Below, in pieces: positions 1 through 9,170 of a stretch of 64,000 nucleotides of DNA (within the stretch, counting starts at the first letter, position 1; each line of letters opens with the position of its first letter). The stretch spans positions 9,897 through 73,896 of the forward strand of contig JBFWRP010000022.1 in the NCBI GenBank assembly GCA_050248855.1, given 5' to 3'. Under the pieces are notes generated by a model that did no database searches, had not been told where the DNA came from, and saw nothing but the letters and a program-made list of their open reading frames with translations. The position numbers were made by a program, and so were the translations under genes. Source of the DNA: Planctomycetota bacterium. Its GTDB lineage: Bacteria; Planctomycetota; PLA2; JAEUHO01.

Positions 1-223
1 CGCGGCGCAGCCAGCGCAGCGGCCCTTGGCGTGTCCAGGCCTCGAGGCGCTCGGCGGTCGCCGGTTCGTGCTGGGGTGTCTGGTCCACCACGACGACCTC
101 GAGAGGCGGTGGCTCCAGGGCCATGATCGCGGCGACCGTATCGCACAAGACGGCCTCGCGTCCGTACGTGGGGACCACGACGCTGGCGCGGAGGCCAGAC
201 ACGACGCCGGGATGCACGCTCAT
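1..223 (-). CDS. Glycosyltransferase family 2, N-terminal part (runs off window edge)
   Basis: Absent from the ORF track. Manual translation from ATG 223 gives MSVHPGVVSGLRASVVVPTYGREAVLCDTVAAIMALEPPPLEVVVVDQTP, a typical GT2 start (SVVVPTY...EVVVVD). Lies directly downstream of wzc. Confidence 0.85.
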   Translation of the reverse strand, partial: MSVHPGVVSGLRASVVVPTYGREAVLCDTVAAIMALEPPPLEVVVVDQTPQHEPATAERLEAWTRQGPLRWLRR

Positions 224-283
224 GGGCCCACCCTGGTGGAGCCGGCTGCGCCCGCTCCAAGAGGCGCTCCGCATCCGGCCGGC

Positions 284-3019
284 TCAGCGGTACGCATACC
301 GGGCCCCGTAGCGGTAGCCGTAGTAGGCCCCACCACGGCGTGCCGCCAGCCTTGCGTCGAACGCGTTCAGGATGACGCCGCGGAGCCGACCACCTGCACG
401 CTCGATCAGCTCGGCGGCTTCCCGCGGCACGTCGGTCCCGTACCGACCGGCGCGGACCAGGAGGAACACGCCGTCCAGGTGATGGAAGAAGGCCAACGCG
501 TCGGACACGGCCAGGACGGGCGGCACGTCGATGAGGATCGCGTCGTACAGGCCCCGTGCCGCGCGCAGGAGCTCGACCATTGCGTCCGACTCCAGCAGCC
601 GCGCGTTCTGCATGCGTGCCGAGCCGGCGGGCAGGATGTCCAGCCCCGCGATCGGGCCGCTGACGACGGCCTGGCGCCAGGGCAGGTCGCCTGCGAGAAC
701 CTCGGCCAGGCCCGGTTCCCGCGCCGTGCGCGCCAAGCGATGCACGGCGGGGCGCCGCAAGTCACCGTCGATGACCAAGACGCGTTCGCCGGCCTGCGCC
801 ATCGTGATGGCGAGGTTCATCGTGGTGAGCGACTTGCCCTCGCCTTGCGTCGGCGACGTGATGGCCATGGTGCGGATCGGCGTATCGCGGTGCTCGTGGC
901 GAATGCTCGCTCGCAGCTTGCGATAGGTCTCGGCGAGGAGGCCGGTTTCCTGGTCCAGGGCCACAAGGGGCTTCGAGCGCTTGGCGCGTTCGCGACGCCG
1001 TACCGTGCGGAAGGCGGGCACGGCGCCCGCTAGAGGCTTGCCGACACCGCGCTCGACCTGGCGGGCGTTGCGAACGCGGTGATCGAGGTGCTCGCGGAGC
1101 CAGCAAGCGCCCAAGCCCGCGCCCAGGGCGGACACGACCGCCAGGGCCAGGTCCAGGAGGCGGTTGGGGGCAATCGGCCGCGGATGCAGCGAGGCCGCTT
1201 CCAGGACGGCGACCGGCACGGCTGTCGACGCGCGCGCGATCTCCGCCTCGCTCCGCCACCGCGCGAGGTCGTGCACCAGCCGCTCGTACTGCTGGACGGG
1301 ACGATTTACCTCGACCAAACCCTGTTCGAGCCGAGGGAGGTCGTGCCGCAATGTGGCTTGGAGCTCCTCGCGCTTCACGACGGCTGCGAGGCGACGCGCC
1401 AGACGCTCTTCCTCCTGGCGCAGGGCCGCGCTGCGCTCGGCGACGAGCTTGGCAGCGGCCTCTCCGAGGAGGAGCTCGGTCTGCTCGATGCGCGCCCGCG
1501 CGTCATCGTGTTCGAGCGAACCGACGCCATGACCGTGTCGGGCCAAGCGCCCGAGCTCCATCTGCAGGCGCGTGCGCTCGTCGATCAACGAGGATGTATG
1601 GGCATCGACCTCGTCGGCGGGAACGAGCCGGAGCAGATCCAGGGGCGGGCGTTCGGCCTTGAGCAGCGCCAGCTGGTCGCGCACCGTTTCGAGCTCGAAC
1701 TCGAACTGCAGCCGCTCGCGTGCGAGGGCCCCCTGCTCCTCGAACGCAGCCGTAGCTCGCTCTTCGAGCAGCACGGCATCACGTTGGCGGACGTAGTCGT
1801 CGCGTCGACCGTAGGCCTCACGCAGGCGGCGAGTGGCCGTTCCGAGCTCGCCTTGTAGCCAAGCGAGAAGTCGCGTGGACTGCGTGAGCCGCGCTTCGTA
1901 GCGGGACGCGACGTAGGCGTCCATGACGGCGTGCACGATCTCCCGGGCCTGGAACGGATCGCCTGAAGAAGCCCGGAGAACGGCCACGTCCGAGTAGGCG
2001 CCAGCCTCGCTGGTTTCGATCGCAGCAACCACCCGCTGCACCGCATCCTCGGTCGAAAGGATGGCGAGATCGAACGCGACGCCGTTCGGATCGCCCGCGA
2101 CCTGCGTGAGCACGAGCTCGACGCCCGCCCAGACCAGAGGCTCGCCAGGGTCGTGCGTTCCGTTTCCATCTACGTCGTCAAACGGCTCCCCAGGGCTGCG
2201 CCGGCCATCGCCGTCACGATCCTCGTACTGCTCGCCGGCAAACCACGTCCCGTCCCCATCGGTGTCGACGAAGCTCTCGGCGGCGGCGGGCCAGACCGCG
2301 TCTTCATCGCCAGGCGGGTCACCCGGGTTCCGCACATCGTCGCCATTGAGATCGTCGAACGGCTCCGGGGGGTCGTACGTCCCGTTGCCATTGGCGTCGG
2401 TGAAGGGCTCGGCCTCGTCCCAGCTCCCATTGCCGTTGGTGTCCGTCCACGGCTCCCTGAAGCGGAACCGGAGGGGCTGGGCCGAGGAAATGCCGCTCGA
2501 GGGCACGGCCTGCCACGAACCGTCGGCCAAGCGTTCGAGGCGAAGCCGTCCCGTCCGGGTGGACGTCGGCGCCGTAGGCACCGTCGCCACGACATGGACG
2601 TGCGCCGAAGCGGCCTCGCGGAGGGCGCTCCACCAGCGCGACCACGTGCCCTCGCGGACCGGCTGGAGGTAGGCGCGGATGCGACTCCCCGGCGCTTCCA
2701 CTGCGCTTCGCGCGACCGCGCGCGAACGCAGGGCCATGAGCTCGGCCTGCGTCTGGCTTCCGGCATCCATCGCCAACGCGGCGGCAAAGAGCCCCTCGTC
2801 GGTCCGAGGCTTGGGGACGTTGAGCTGGAGGTAGCCGTCGGACTGGTAGACCTCGGGCTTGCGGACCGCCGAGCGCATCACGATCAGGAACACGACCGCC
2901 GCCGCCACGAGGCCCCACCGGAAGTGGGCTCGCAGCATGCCCAGGATGTCCGCCATGTGCGAGGAGCCCGAGCTCCACGTGGGTGCGGGCGCCGCCGAGT
3001 TCGCCGGGGTCTCGCTCAC
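284..3019 (-). CDS. wzc: Polysaccharide co-polymerase / tyrosine autokinase (Wzc-like) with inserted Asp/Gly repeats
   Basis: Two TM helices flank a coiled-coil periplasmic region. Walker A TSPTQGEGKS, A' LVIDGDLRRP, B ILIDVPP, C-terminal Tyr cluster AYYGYRYGARYAYR. Start uncertain (GTG 3040/3019 or ATG 2956). Confidence 0.92.
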   Translation of the reverse strand: MSETPANSAAPAPTWSSGSSHMADILGMLRAHFRWGLVAAAVVFLIVMRSAVRKPEVYQSDGYLQLNVPKPRTDEGLFAAALAMDAGSQTQAELMALRSRAVARSAVEAPGSRIRAYLQPVREGTWSRWWSALREAASAHVHVVATVPTAPTSTRTGRLRLERLADGSWQAVPSSGISSAQPLRFRFREPWTDTNGNGSWDEAEPFTDANGNGTYDPPEPFDDLNGDDVRNPGDPPGDEDAVWPAAAESFVDTDGDGTWFAGEQYEDRDGDGRRSPGEPFDDVDGNGTHDPGEPLVWAGVELVLTQVAGDPNGVAFDLAILSTEDAVQRVVAAIETSEAGAYSDVAVLRASSGDPFQAREIVHAVMDAYVASRYEARLTQSTRLLAWLQGELGTATRRLREAYGRRDDYVRQRDAVLLEERATAAFEEQGALARERLQFEFELETVRDQLALLKAERPPLDLLRLVPADEVDAHTSSLIDERTRLQMELGRLARHGHGVGSLEHDDARARIEQTELLLGEAAAKLVAERSAALRQEEERLARRLAAVVKREELQATLRHDLPRLEQGLVEVNRPVQQYERLVHDLARWRSEAEIARASTAVPVAVLEAASLHPRPIAPNRLLDLALAVVSALGAGLGACWLREHLDHRVRNARQVERGVGKPLAGAVPAFRTVRRRERAKRSKPLVALDQETGLLAETYRKLRASIRHEHRDTPIRTMAITSPTQGEGKSLTTMNLAITMAQAGERVLVIDGDLRRPAVHRLARTAREPGLAEVLAGDLPWRQAVVSGPIAGLDILPAGSARMQNARLLESDAMVELLRAARGLYDAILIDVPPVLAVSDALAFFHHLDGVFLLVRAGRYGTDVPREAAELIERAGGRLRGVILNAFDARLAARRGGAYYGYRYGARYAYR
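2138..2455 (-). repeat. Six 15-aa intragenic repeats E-P-F-x-D-x-[DN]-G-[DN]-G in wzc
   Basis: EPWTDTNGNGSWDEA / EPFTDANGNGTYDPP / EPFDDLNGDDVRNPG / spacer / ESFVDTDGDGTWFAG / EQYEDRDGDGRRSPG / EPFDDVDGNGTHDPG. Confidence 0.9.
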
Positions 3020-3155
3020 GAATGCTGTCCCAACGACCACGACTCGCGGCGACCGGGGCCGGCCAGGAGGGCCGGTGCCGGGAGACGTCGCGTTCGGCCC
3101 GTGAAGGCACGACCCGACACCGGCACACCGGTCATGGCGCGATTCGACATGCCGA

Positions 3156-4286
3156 TCAGTTCTTCAGGGCGTCGGCGGCGTACGCGACACCCACGAGGGC
3201 CCCTGCCCCCTGGAGCAAAGGCATTGCCGCCTCGAGCGCGCGCCTGTAATCGGCCTCGGCCGTGGGAGCGACCAGCACACGGTCGCCCGGGTGCAGGAGG
3301 ATCCCCTCGCCATACCGCCAGATCTCGTGCGCACTGATCGTGAACGCCCGCACGTCGCCGCACGTGCCGCGGAAGATGCGCACGCAGTCGTGGTCTGCGG
3401 TCTCGCGCTTCAAGCCCCCGGCCTCCGCGATGGCATCGGCCAGGGTCATGCGCGCGGGGGTGGGCTCTCCCGCCGGGCCCACGCCACGCCGCATCTCGAT
3501 CGCACGCGGCGAGTTGACTTCGCCAAGCACATAGACGTGCGAGGCGCGATCGCGGCGGTGGGGAACGAAGACCACGTCGCCCTGTCGCAGACGGAGGCCC
3601 CCGAAGGGGTGGGCCCGGTAGAAGACGTCGGCGAGGCTCACGGGCAGCACGTGCTGGCCCTCGCGAACCACATACGCCTCTTCGAGGCCCGCCTCGGCCA
3701 TGTCCACGCCACCCGCGCGGCCGATGGCATCGCGGAGCGTCAGGCGACCGTCCACCGCAACCGCGCCGGGCTTGGCCACTTGCCCGAACACGTAGCAGGT
3801 CTGGGAGCGGTGCTCGATCACGTCCACGCTCACGAGCGCGCCCTTGAGCGGACCGGCGTCCAAGCGCTGGCGCACGTCCTCCTGCAGCTCGAGGGCCGTG
3901 CGCCCGGCGGCGGGGACCACGCGCAGGATCGGGAGGTAGACGTTGCCGTCGTCCTTCACGCGCGTGCCGACGATGTCGCCCTGGCTGGTCTCGCCGAAGC
4001 CCTTGAAGTCGACGCTGCCGGGGACGGTCACGTGGACGACGTCGCCGATGCCCAAGCGGTAGGGACCCGGATCTTCCAGGTGGATGCCGTTCAGCTCGGC
4101 AGCGCCTATCGCCGTGAACCCCGCCTCGTGCGGCTCGACGCTCTCGGTCATGAGGGCCCGGACGTCCCCGGGGTGGCGGGCGGGCGCCAGGGGCTTGGTC
4201 TGGCAGGCGGGAGCCACCATCAGGGCGAGGGCAAGGCCCAGTGTCCCCACTCCGCGGGCCCACCTGCCGCCGTGTCCGGTCTGCAT
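3156..4286 (-). CDS. wza: Polysaccharide export lipoprotein (Wza/OPX; Poly_export + SLBB domains)
   Basis: Lipobox-like LMVAPAC; YRLGIGDVVHVTV, DGNVYLP, VFGQVAKPG and VLGEVNSP motifs; adjacent to wzc. ATG 4286 chosen over the longer ORF. Confidence 0.88.
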   Translation of the reverse strand: MQTGHGGRWARGVGTLGLALALMVAPACQTKPLAPARHPGDVRALMTESVEPHEAGFTAIGAAELNGIHLEDPGPYRLGIGDVVHVTVPGSVDFKGFGETSQGDIVGTRVKDDGNVYLPILRVVPAAGRTALELQEDVRQRLDAGPLKGALVSVDVIEHRSQTCYVFGQVAKPGAVAVDGRLTLRDAIGRAGGVDMAEAGLEEAYVVREGQHVLPVSLADVFYRAHPFGGLRLRQGDVVFVPHRRDRASHVYVLGEVNSPRAIEMRRGVGPAGEPTPARMTLADAIAEAGGLKRETADHDCVRIFRGTCGDVRAFTISAHEIWRYGEGILLHPGDRVLVAPTAEADYRRALEAAMPLLQGAGALVGVAYAADALKN

Positions 4287-4362
4287 GTCGCGCCCTCCCA
4301 CGTCGTCGCCCCCACTATGCACGGTAGGGCGCGCCAAGCGAAGCGGCGCCCACGGGAGCCGT

Positions 4363-5886
4363 TCAGGCTCCCTGACGCCTCGCGACCACTGCGCTGGCCG
4401 GCGGGTGGGGAGCCGACGTGGGCTTGGGCGCCGACCCGGATCGCGAAGCGTCCGCATCCAGGTCTCGCAAGCGGCGCGCGGCGAGGCGAACGAGCTCGCA
4501 GACGACCGTCTCCCGCGCGAGCGCGAGCGACTCGGGGGGCGGCGTGGCGTCCTGGCACCACCAGCGGGCCTCCGTACCGTCCTCCAGGGGGATGTCCCGG
4601 GACGCATCCTGGGGCCCCAGCGGCCGACCGAACGTGGCCCGGCTGAAGGACAACCCCGCAAGCGGCAGGTCGTCGACCAGGCGCTGGACGGCGCGCCGGA
4701 CGTCTTCGACGCTTCGTGCGAGTCGCAGCAGCCCGGCGACGTAGCCCTCGAGCAGGTAGAGGCGCTGCCACCGCGCCCGCCCGTGGATGGCCCGCGAGAG
4801 CCGGGCCCGCCCCAGGCGCATCACGCCCAAGACCACCACCAGCCCCAGGACCAGCGTCGCCGTCAGCGAGGCCAGGCCCGGTCGCCATTGCGACAGCGCC
4901 AAGGGGATCGTGGCCAGGACCGTCAGCAGGGCCAACGCCAGGCCCCGACGCCCGCCCGTCAGCTCGAACATGCGGTGGTGCAGATGGCCAAGGTCGGCCG
5001 CGGACAGGGGGATGCCGCGCACCCAGCGCCGCGCCAGGGCAAGGCCCAAGTCGAGCAGGGGTACGGCCATCAGCCCGAGGACCAGAGGCGCGTTCTGTGC
5101 CGGAGGCAGCTCCACGACGAGGGCCCCGACGACGAACCCGAGCACCATGCTGCCACTGTCCCCGAAGAACACACGTGCCCGCGGCAAGTTGAACGCGAGC
5201 ACACCGATCACGGGGCCCGCCACCGCCGCGAGCGGCAGCAACGGCGCCCCGCCCAACGCGAGGCCAAGCAGGGCGACGAGCGTCAGCATGCCCAGCAGCC
5301 CGTCGAGACCGTCGACCAGGTTGAAGGCGTTGGTCACGCCGACGATCCAGACGAAGAGGAGCAAGCTGCCCCAACCGCCGAGGTCGATGACGCCGACGCC
5401 AAGCCCCGGGGCGCCGATCTGGTGCACGTCCAGACCGGACAGCACGACGACGAGCGCTCCGACGGCCTGCGCACCGAGCTTGGTGCGCGCACGGACCCCG
5501 AAGAGGTCATCGAGAACGCCGACCCCCCAGACGAGCGCAGCACCGGCCGCGATGGCAGGCCCGTGGCCCGGAAGGGTCAGCGCCAGGCCCAGCAGCGCGA
5601 GTGGGCCCATCATCCATCCCCCGATCTGGGGAATGGGTTGTCCGTGCGCGCGACGGCCGCCGGGCAGGGCTCGCGCGCGGATGCGCGGCACGACGACGAC
5701 GAGCAGCAAGCACACGCCAGCCGCACCGAGCACGGCGCCCGAGACGAGGGTCCACGCGGCGCTCGGCGCACCCGCGAGGAGCAGGACGCCTGCGAAGGTC
5801 GCCGTGAGAAGCAGCGCGAGGCCCAAGGCATGCGCCTGGGGCAAACCTTGTTTCCAGCTCCGCGCCGCGAATCCCCGCTCCCTCAT
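4363..5886 (-). CDS. wecA: Undecaprenyl-phosphate HexNAc-1-phosphate transferase (WecA/MraY family) with C-terminal extension
   Basis: Multi-TM; GVLDD, NAFNLVDGLDGL, FFGDSGS, ADLGHLHHRM motifs. Confidence 0.88.
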   Translation of the reverse strand: MRERGFAARSWKQGLPQAHALGLALLLTATFAGVLLLAGAPSAAWTLVSGAVLGAAGVCLLLVVVVPRIRARALPGGRRAHGQPIPQIGGWMMGPLALLGLALTLPGHGPAIAAGAALVWGVGVLDDLFGVRARTKLGAQAVGALVVVLSGLDVHQIGAPGLGVGVIDLGGWGSLLLFVWIVGVTNAFNLVDGLDGLLGMLTLVALLGLALGGAPLLPLAAVAGPVIGVLAFNLPRARVFFGDSGSMVLGFVVGALVVELPPAQNAPLVLGLMAVPLLDLGLALARRWVRGIPLSAADLGHLHHRMFELTGGRRGLALALLTVLATIPLALSQWRPGLASLTATLVLGLVVVLGVMRLGRARLSRAIHGRARWQRLYLLEGYVAGLLRLARSVEDVRRAVQRLVDDLPLAGLSFSRATFGRPLGPQDASRDIPLEDGTEARWWCQDATPPPESLALARETVVCELVRLAARRLRDLDADASRSGSAPKPTSAPHPPASAVVARRQGA

Positions 5887-6044
5887 GGCTCTCCCAGCCT
5901 GACTGGAGGTGTCGGCCCGACCAAGCTCCCCTTGCTGATGCTAGCGCGCGCCTCGCGGGAACCCGCCACCGATCTTGGGGCCCCCGGGGGCAGGCGGGCT
6001 CCCTGGCGGAGCGGCGCCCGGCCCCCGCCGTCGGGGGGGGCGGG

Positions 6045-7064
6045 TCAGGCTCCCCGACGCCAGAGCCGCCGCCCGTCGGCCAACCAGTCGCGAACGCGGG
6101 GAAGCTCCTCGCCCGCGAGCAGCCCCTCGGCGCAGAGGGCCTCGTAGCAGCGCTCCATGTTGGCTTCGAGGGCTTCGATGCCCGGTTCGAGGGCGAGGCC
6201 TTCGAGAAGCGCCACGAGCGCCTCGCTCTTCGTCTGGACCTCGACCTCGTCCACGAAATCGCGCATGAGGTCGTGCTCGTTGCGCAGCTGGACGACCTCG
6301 GGCGGGTGATGGACGACGCCCTGGTCGACTTCGCGGAGGCAGCGCTGCGCCACGAAGCTCCGCCAGATGTCCGTGCTGCGGAACGCGCACGTCGTGGGCA
6401 GGTACATCAGCGGATAGGCGAGCGGCCACCACCACGTGCTCTGGCTGTTGAACGGATGCCAGTGGCCCGGCGGCACCCAACGGCTCGGGCCGTCGGGGAA
6501 GCGGACGTCGCGGTCGAGCACGAGGCGCCACACGGCGTCCACGTCCGGTGAGCCATCGGCCATGCCCTGCTGTACCGAGGAGCGCACCTCGAGGGTCGTC
6601 TCGTCGGCGTCCTGCCATGTCGCCGGGTCGTGGAGATGGCGCAGGGGGAAGCCCCGCGGCCAGAGGAGCTCGCCCGAGAGCGCCCGGTACGTGTTCATCC
6701 ACGCATGGCCGTCGAAGCGGCGGGCGTGCGTCGTTTCGGTGCGCCGTGCCCAGCCCGCCGCAGGCTCGTTGTCGTCGTCGGTCTCGTAGATGCAGCGGGC
6801 GCCCGCGCGCATCGCCAGGAGGTAGCCCAGGTTCTTCCGCGCGTAGTGCCCCGTCGGCAGGCTACGGGCCAGATGGAAGTCGAGGCGTTGCTGTTCGGCA
6901 AGGTCGAAGAAATCGCTGCCGTCGAGATCGAACGACGCAGGTCCCTTCTTGTCGCCGATCACGATCAACCGCCCACCGGCCGCGGCGACGCGAGGCCCCA
7001 GCCGCTGCATGCAGCCCGTGGGCTCCTGGATCGTCGTCACGACGCAGGCCCACTCGATCGCCAT
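6045..7064 (-). CDS. STELLO-like (DUF288) putative glycosyltransferase
   Basis: VVTTIQEPT, VIGDKKGP, ARKNLGYLLAM, IYETDDDN, WPRGFPL, QQGMADGSPDVDA, PFNSQST, DIWRSF, RNEHDLMRDF motifs. Confidence 0.85.
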   Translation of the reverse strand: MAIEWACVVTTIQEPTGCMQRLGPRVAAAGGRLIVIGDKKGPASFDLDGSDFFDLAEQQRLDFHLARSLPTGHYARKNLGYLLAMRAGARCIYETDDDNEPAAGWARRTETTHARRFDGHAWMNTYRALSGELLWPRGFPLRHLHDPATWQDADETTLEVRSSVQQGMADGSPDVDAVWRLVLDRDVRFPDGPSRWVPPGHWHPFNSQSTWWWPLAYPLMYLPTTCAFRSTDIWRSFVAQRCLREVDQGVVHHPPEVVQLRNEHDLMRDFVDEVEVQTKSEALVALLEGLALEPGIEALEANMERCYEALCAEGLLAGEELPRVRDWLADGRRLWRRGA

Positions 7065-7188
7065 GGTCCGTGCTCCTCCGTGCCGCGCGCATCCTCACCC
7101 GCGGATGCAAAGCCGTGAAGTCTTCCGTCGCTTGCCGAAGGCCGCAGGGACGCGGGGAGTGTTGCCGCAGCTCGCCGAAGGCCGGCCC

Positions 7189-7286
7189 GTACGGAGTCGG
7201 GTGAGATTCCACCCTCGGGCCGCGACGCGCGATCGCCGGCGTGGATACCTGGCAGCCCGAGGGTGGAATCTCACCCGACTCCGTAC
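7189..7286. repeat. REPIN-like palindromic element, type A (98 bp)
   Basis: Perfect 32-bp inverted repeat 7189-7220 / 7255-7286 (GTACGGAGTCGGGTGAGATTCCACCCTCGGGC) with 34-nt spacer; intergenic. Confidence 0.85.
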
Positions 7287-7308
7287 TGCGTACCGCGACC
7301 GCGTACCG

Positions 7309-9168
7309 TCAGGCCGCGCACTCCGGCGTGCCGCCGGGTCCCGACGACGAGGCGAGCCACGCCTGGAGCATCAACACGGCCCACAAACGACGCCCGGCCG
7401 GACGCTCGCCACTCGCGTGCCCCTGCCAGGTGGCCTCCACGGCCGCGACGTCGAGCAGCCCCTGCCCACGCAGCCGCTGCGGATCCAGCAACCCACGCGC
7501 CCACGCCGCCAACGGCCCGCGAAGCCAGGCATCGAGCGGGATCGAGAACCCCTGCTTGGGACGGTCCACGAGCTCGGTCGGCAGGCGCCGCCGTAGCAGC
7601 GCACGCACGACGCGCTTGCCTCGTGTTCCCTCGACCAGATGTCCATCGGGCAGGCGCCACGCCGCATCGAACACCCCTGGTGCCAAGAACGGACTGCGCG
7701 CCTCCAGACCCACGCCCATCGTGGCCCGGTCCACCTTCACGAGCAGGTCGTCCGGCAGGTACGTGATCGCGTCGAGCCACTGCAAGGTGCGCCCGCGCGA
7801 GAGGCCCGCGGGCGGCGCCTCCGCAGGCCCCGGCACGGGCCGCGCGAGCGCCGCCACGTCGCGCGACAGCGGCAGCCTTCGCCACGCCGCATGCACGTTG
7901 CGCTGCACGCGCACGGCCGACGAAGCAGCCGCCCCCCATCCCGCGCGACGATCGGCCAGCGCCTGACGCCACCACCAGAAGCGCCGCCGCGCCGCGAGGT
8001 GATGGGCGTAACCGCCGAACAGCTCATCCCCACCGTCGCCGCCGAGCACCACCGTCACGTGCTGTCGGGCCAGCTGGGCCACGAGCGCCGTGGGCACCTG
8101 GGACGAGTCGGCAAACGGCTCGTCGAACCGCTCGGCGAGAGCCGGCACCAGGGCCAGCGCGTCCTCCGGGCGCGTCCGCAGCACCGTCGCGTCGCGCCCC
8201 AGGTGCTGCGCGACGGCACGTGCATGCGGCGACTCGTCCTGCGCGGCTTCGGCGAAGCCGATGGTGAACGTCCGGACATCGGCACTCTCGGGCATCGACA
8301 GCAGCACTGCGGACGAGTCCACGCCGCCGGACAGCAGCACGCCCACCGGTACGTCGGCACGGATGCGCGCCGCCACCGACGCCGCCAGCGCCGCCTCGAC
8401 CTCGTCGACGGCCTCGTCGAAGCTCCCCGTGGTCCGGGAGGTGCGCGCACGCTGCACGGCTTCCCGCGCCGACCACCAACGCCGCGGCTCGCTGCGCGCG
8501 GAGCCATCGGGCCCCACCTCGAGCCAATGACCCGCCGGCAGCTTGCGCAGCGCGGCGTACACGCAGCGATCGCCGCCGATCCATCCCAACGCCAGCAGCT
8601 CGGCGAGCGCAGTGGCCGCGAGCCGCGTATCGAACGCGGGAAACGGCCGGAGCGCGGACACCTGCGAGCCGAACAGGAACGTGTTGCCCATCCAGCCGTA
8701 GACCAGCGGCTTCTCGCCGAAGCGATCGCGCGCGAGCACGAGGCGGCGCTCCCTGCCCCGCCACCAAGCGAACGCGAACATGCCCTCCACGGCGTCGAGC
8801 GTGGTCTCGAGCCCCCACGCCACCAGGGCGGCCAGCAACACCTCCGTGTCGGCATGACCTCGCCACGCGGGCGCCAGCCCCTGCGCCTCGAGCCGCGCGC
8901 GCACCTCGTCCGCGTTGTAAATCTCGCCGTTGAACACCAGCACGTGCTGGCCGTCGGCGCTGACCATGGGCTGGTTGCCGGCCGCACTCGTGTCCAGCAC
9001 CGCCAGCCGACGAAAGCCCAAGGCGAGGCCCGCCGCGGCGTCGACCCACGTCCCCTCCGCATCGGGCCCTCGCGCACGGAGCGCCGCCGCCATGGGCGCA
9101 AGGCGTTCGAGCAGGGCACCGCGCTCGAGCTGACCGGGCGGCCCCCAGAAGCCCACGAGGCCGCACAT
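7309..9168 (-). CDS. asnB: Asparagine synthase-like glutamine amidotransferase
   Basis: MCGLVG Ntn start, RGPD, FNGEIYN, RDRFGEKPL, LSGGVDSS, GDGGDELFGGY, KVDR, EARSPFL. True start 9168. Confidence 0.92.
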   Translation of the reverse strand: MCGLVGFWGPPGQLERGALLERLAPMAAALRARGPDAEGTWVDAAAGLALGFRRLAVLDTSAAGNQPMVSADGQHVLVFNGEIYNADEVRARLEAQGLAPAWRGHADTEVLLAALVAWGLETTLDAVEGMFAFAWWRGRERRLVLARDRFGEKPLVYGWMGNTFLFGSQVSALRPFPAFDTRLAATALAELLALGWIGGDRCVYAALRKLPAGHWLEVGPDGSARSEPRRWWSAREAVQRARTSRTTGSFDEAVDEVEAALAASVAARIRADVPVGVLLSGGVDSSAVLLSMPESADVRTFTIGFAEAAQDESPHARAVAQHLGRDATVLRTRPEDALALVPALAERFDEPFADSSQVPTALVAQLARQHVTVVLGGDGGDELFGGYAHHLAARRRFWWWRQALADRRAGWGAAASSAVRVQRNVHAAWRRLPLSRDVAALARPVPGPAEAPPAGLSRGRTLQWLDAITYLPDDLLVKVDRATMGVGLEARSPFLAPGVFDAAWRLPDGHLVEGTRGKRVVRALLRRRLPTELVDRPKQGFSIPLDAWLRGPLAAWARGLLDPQRLRGQGLLDVAAVEATWQGHASGERPAGRRLWAVLMLQAWLASSSGPGGTPECAA

Positions 9169-9170
9169 CG

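Noticed and set aside
4570..4581. CTCCGTAC match to the REPIN terminus
   Set aside because: Isolated short match within wecA coding sequence with no arm or partner.
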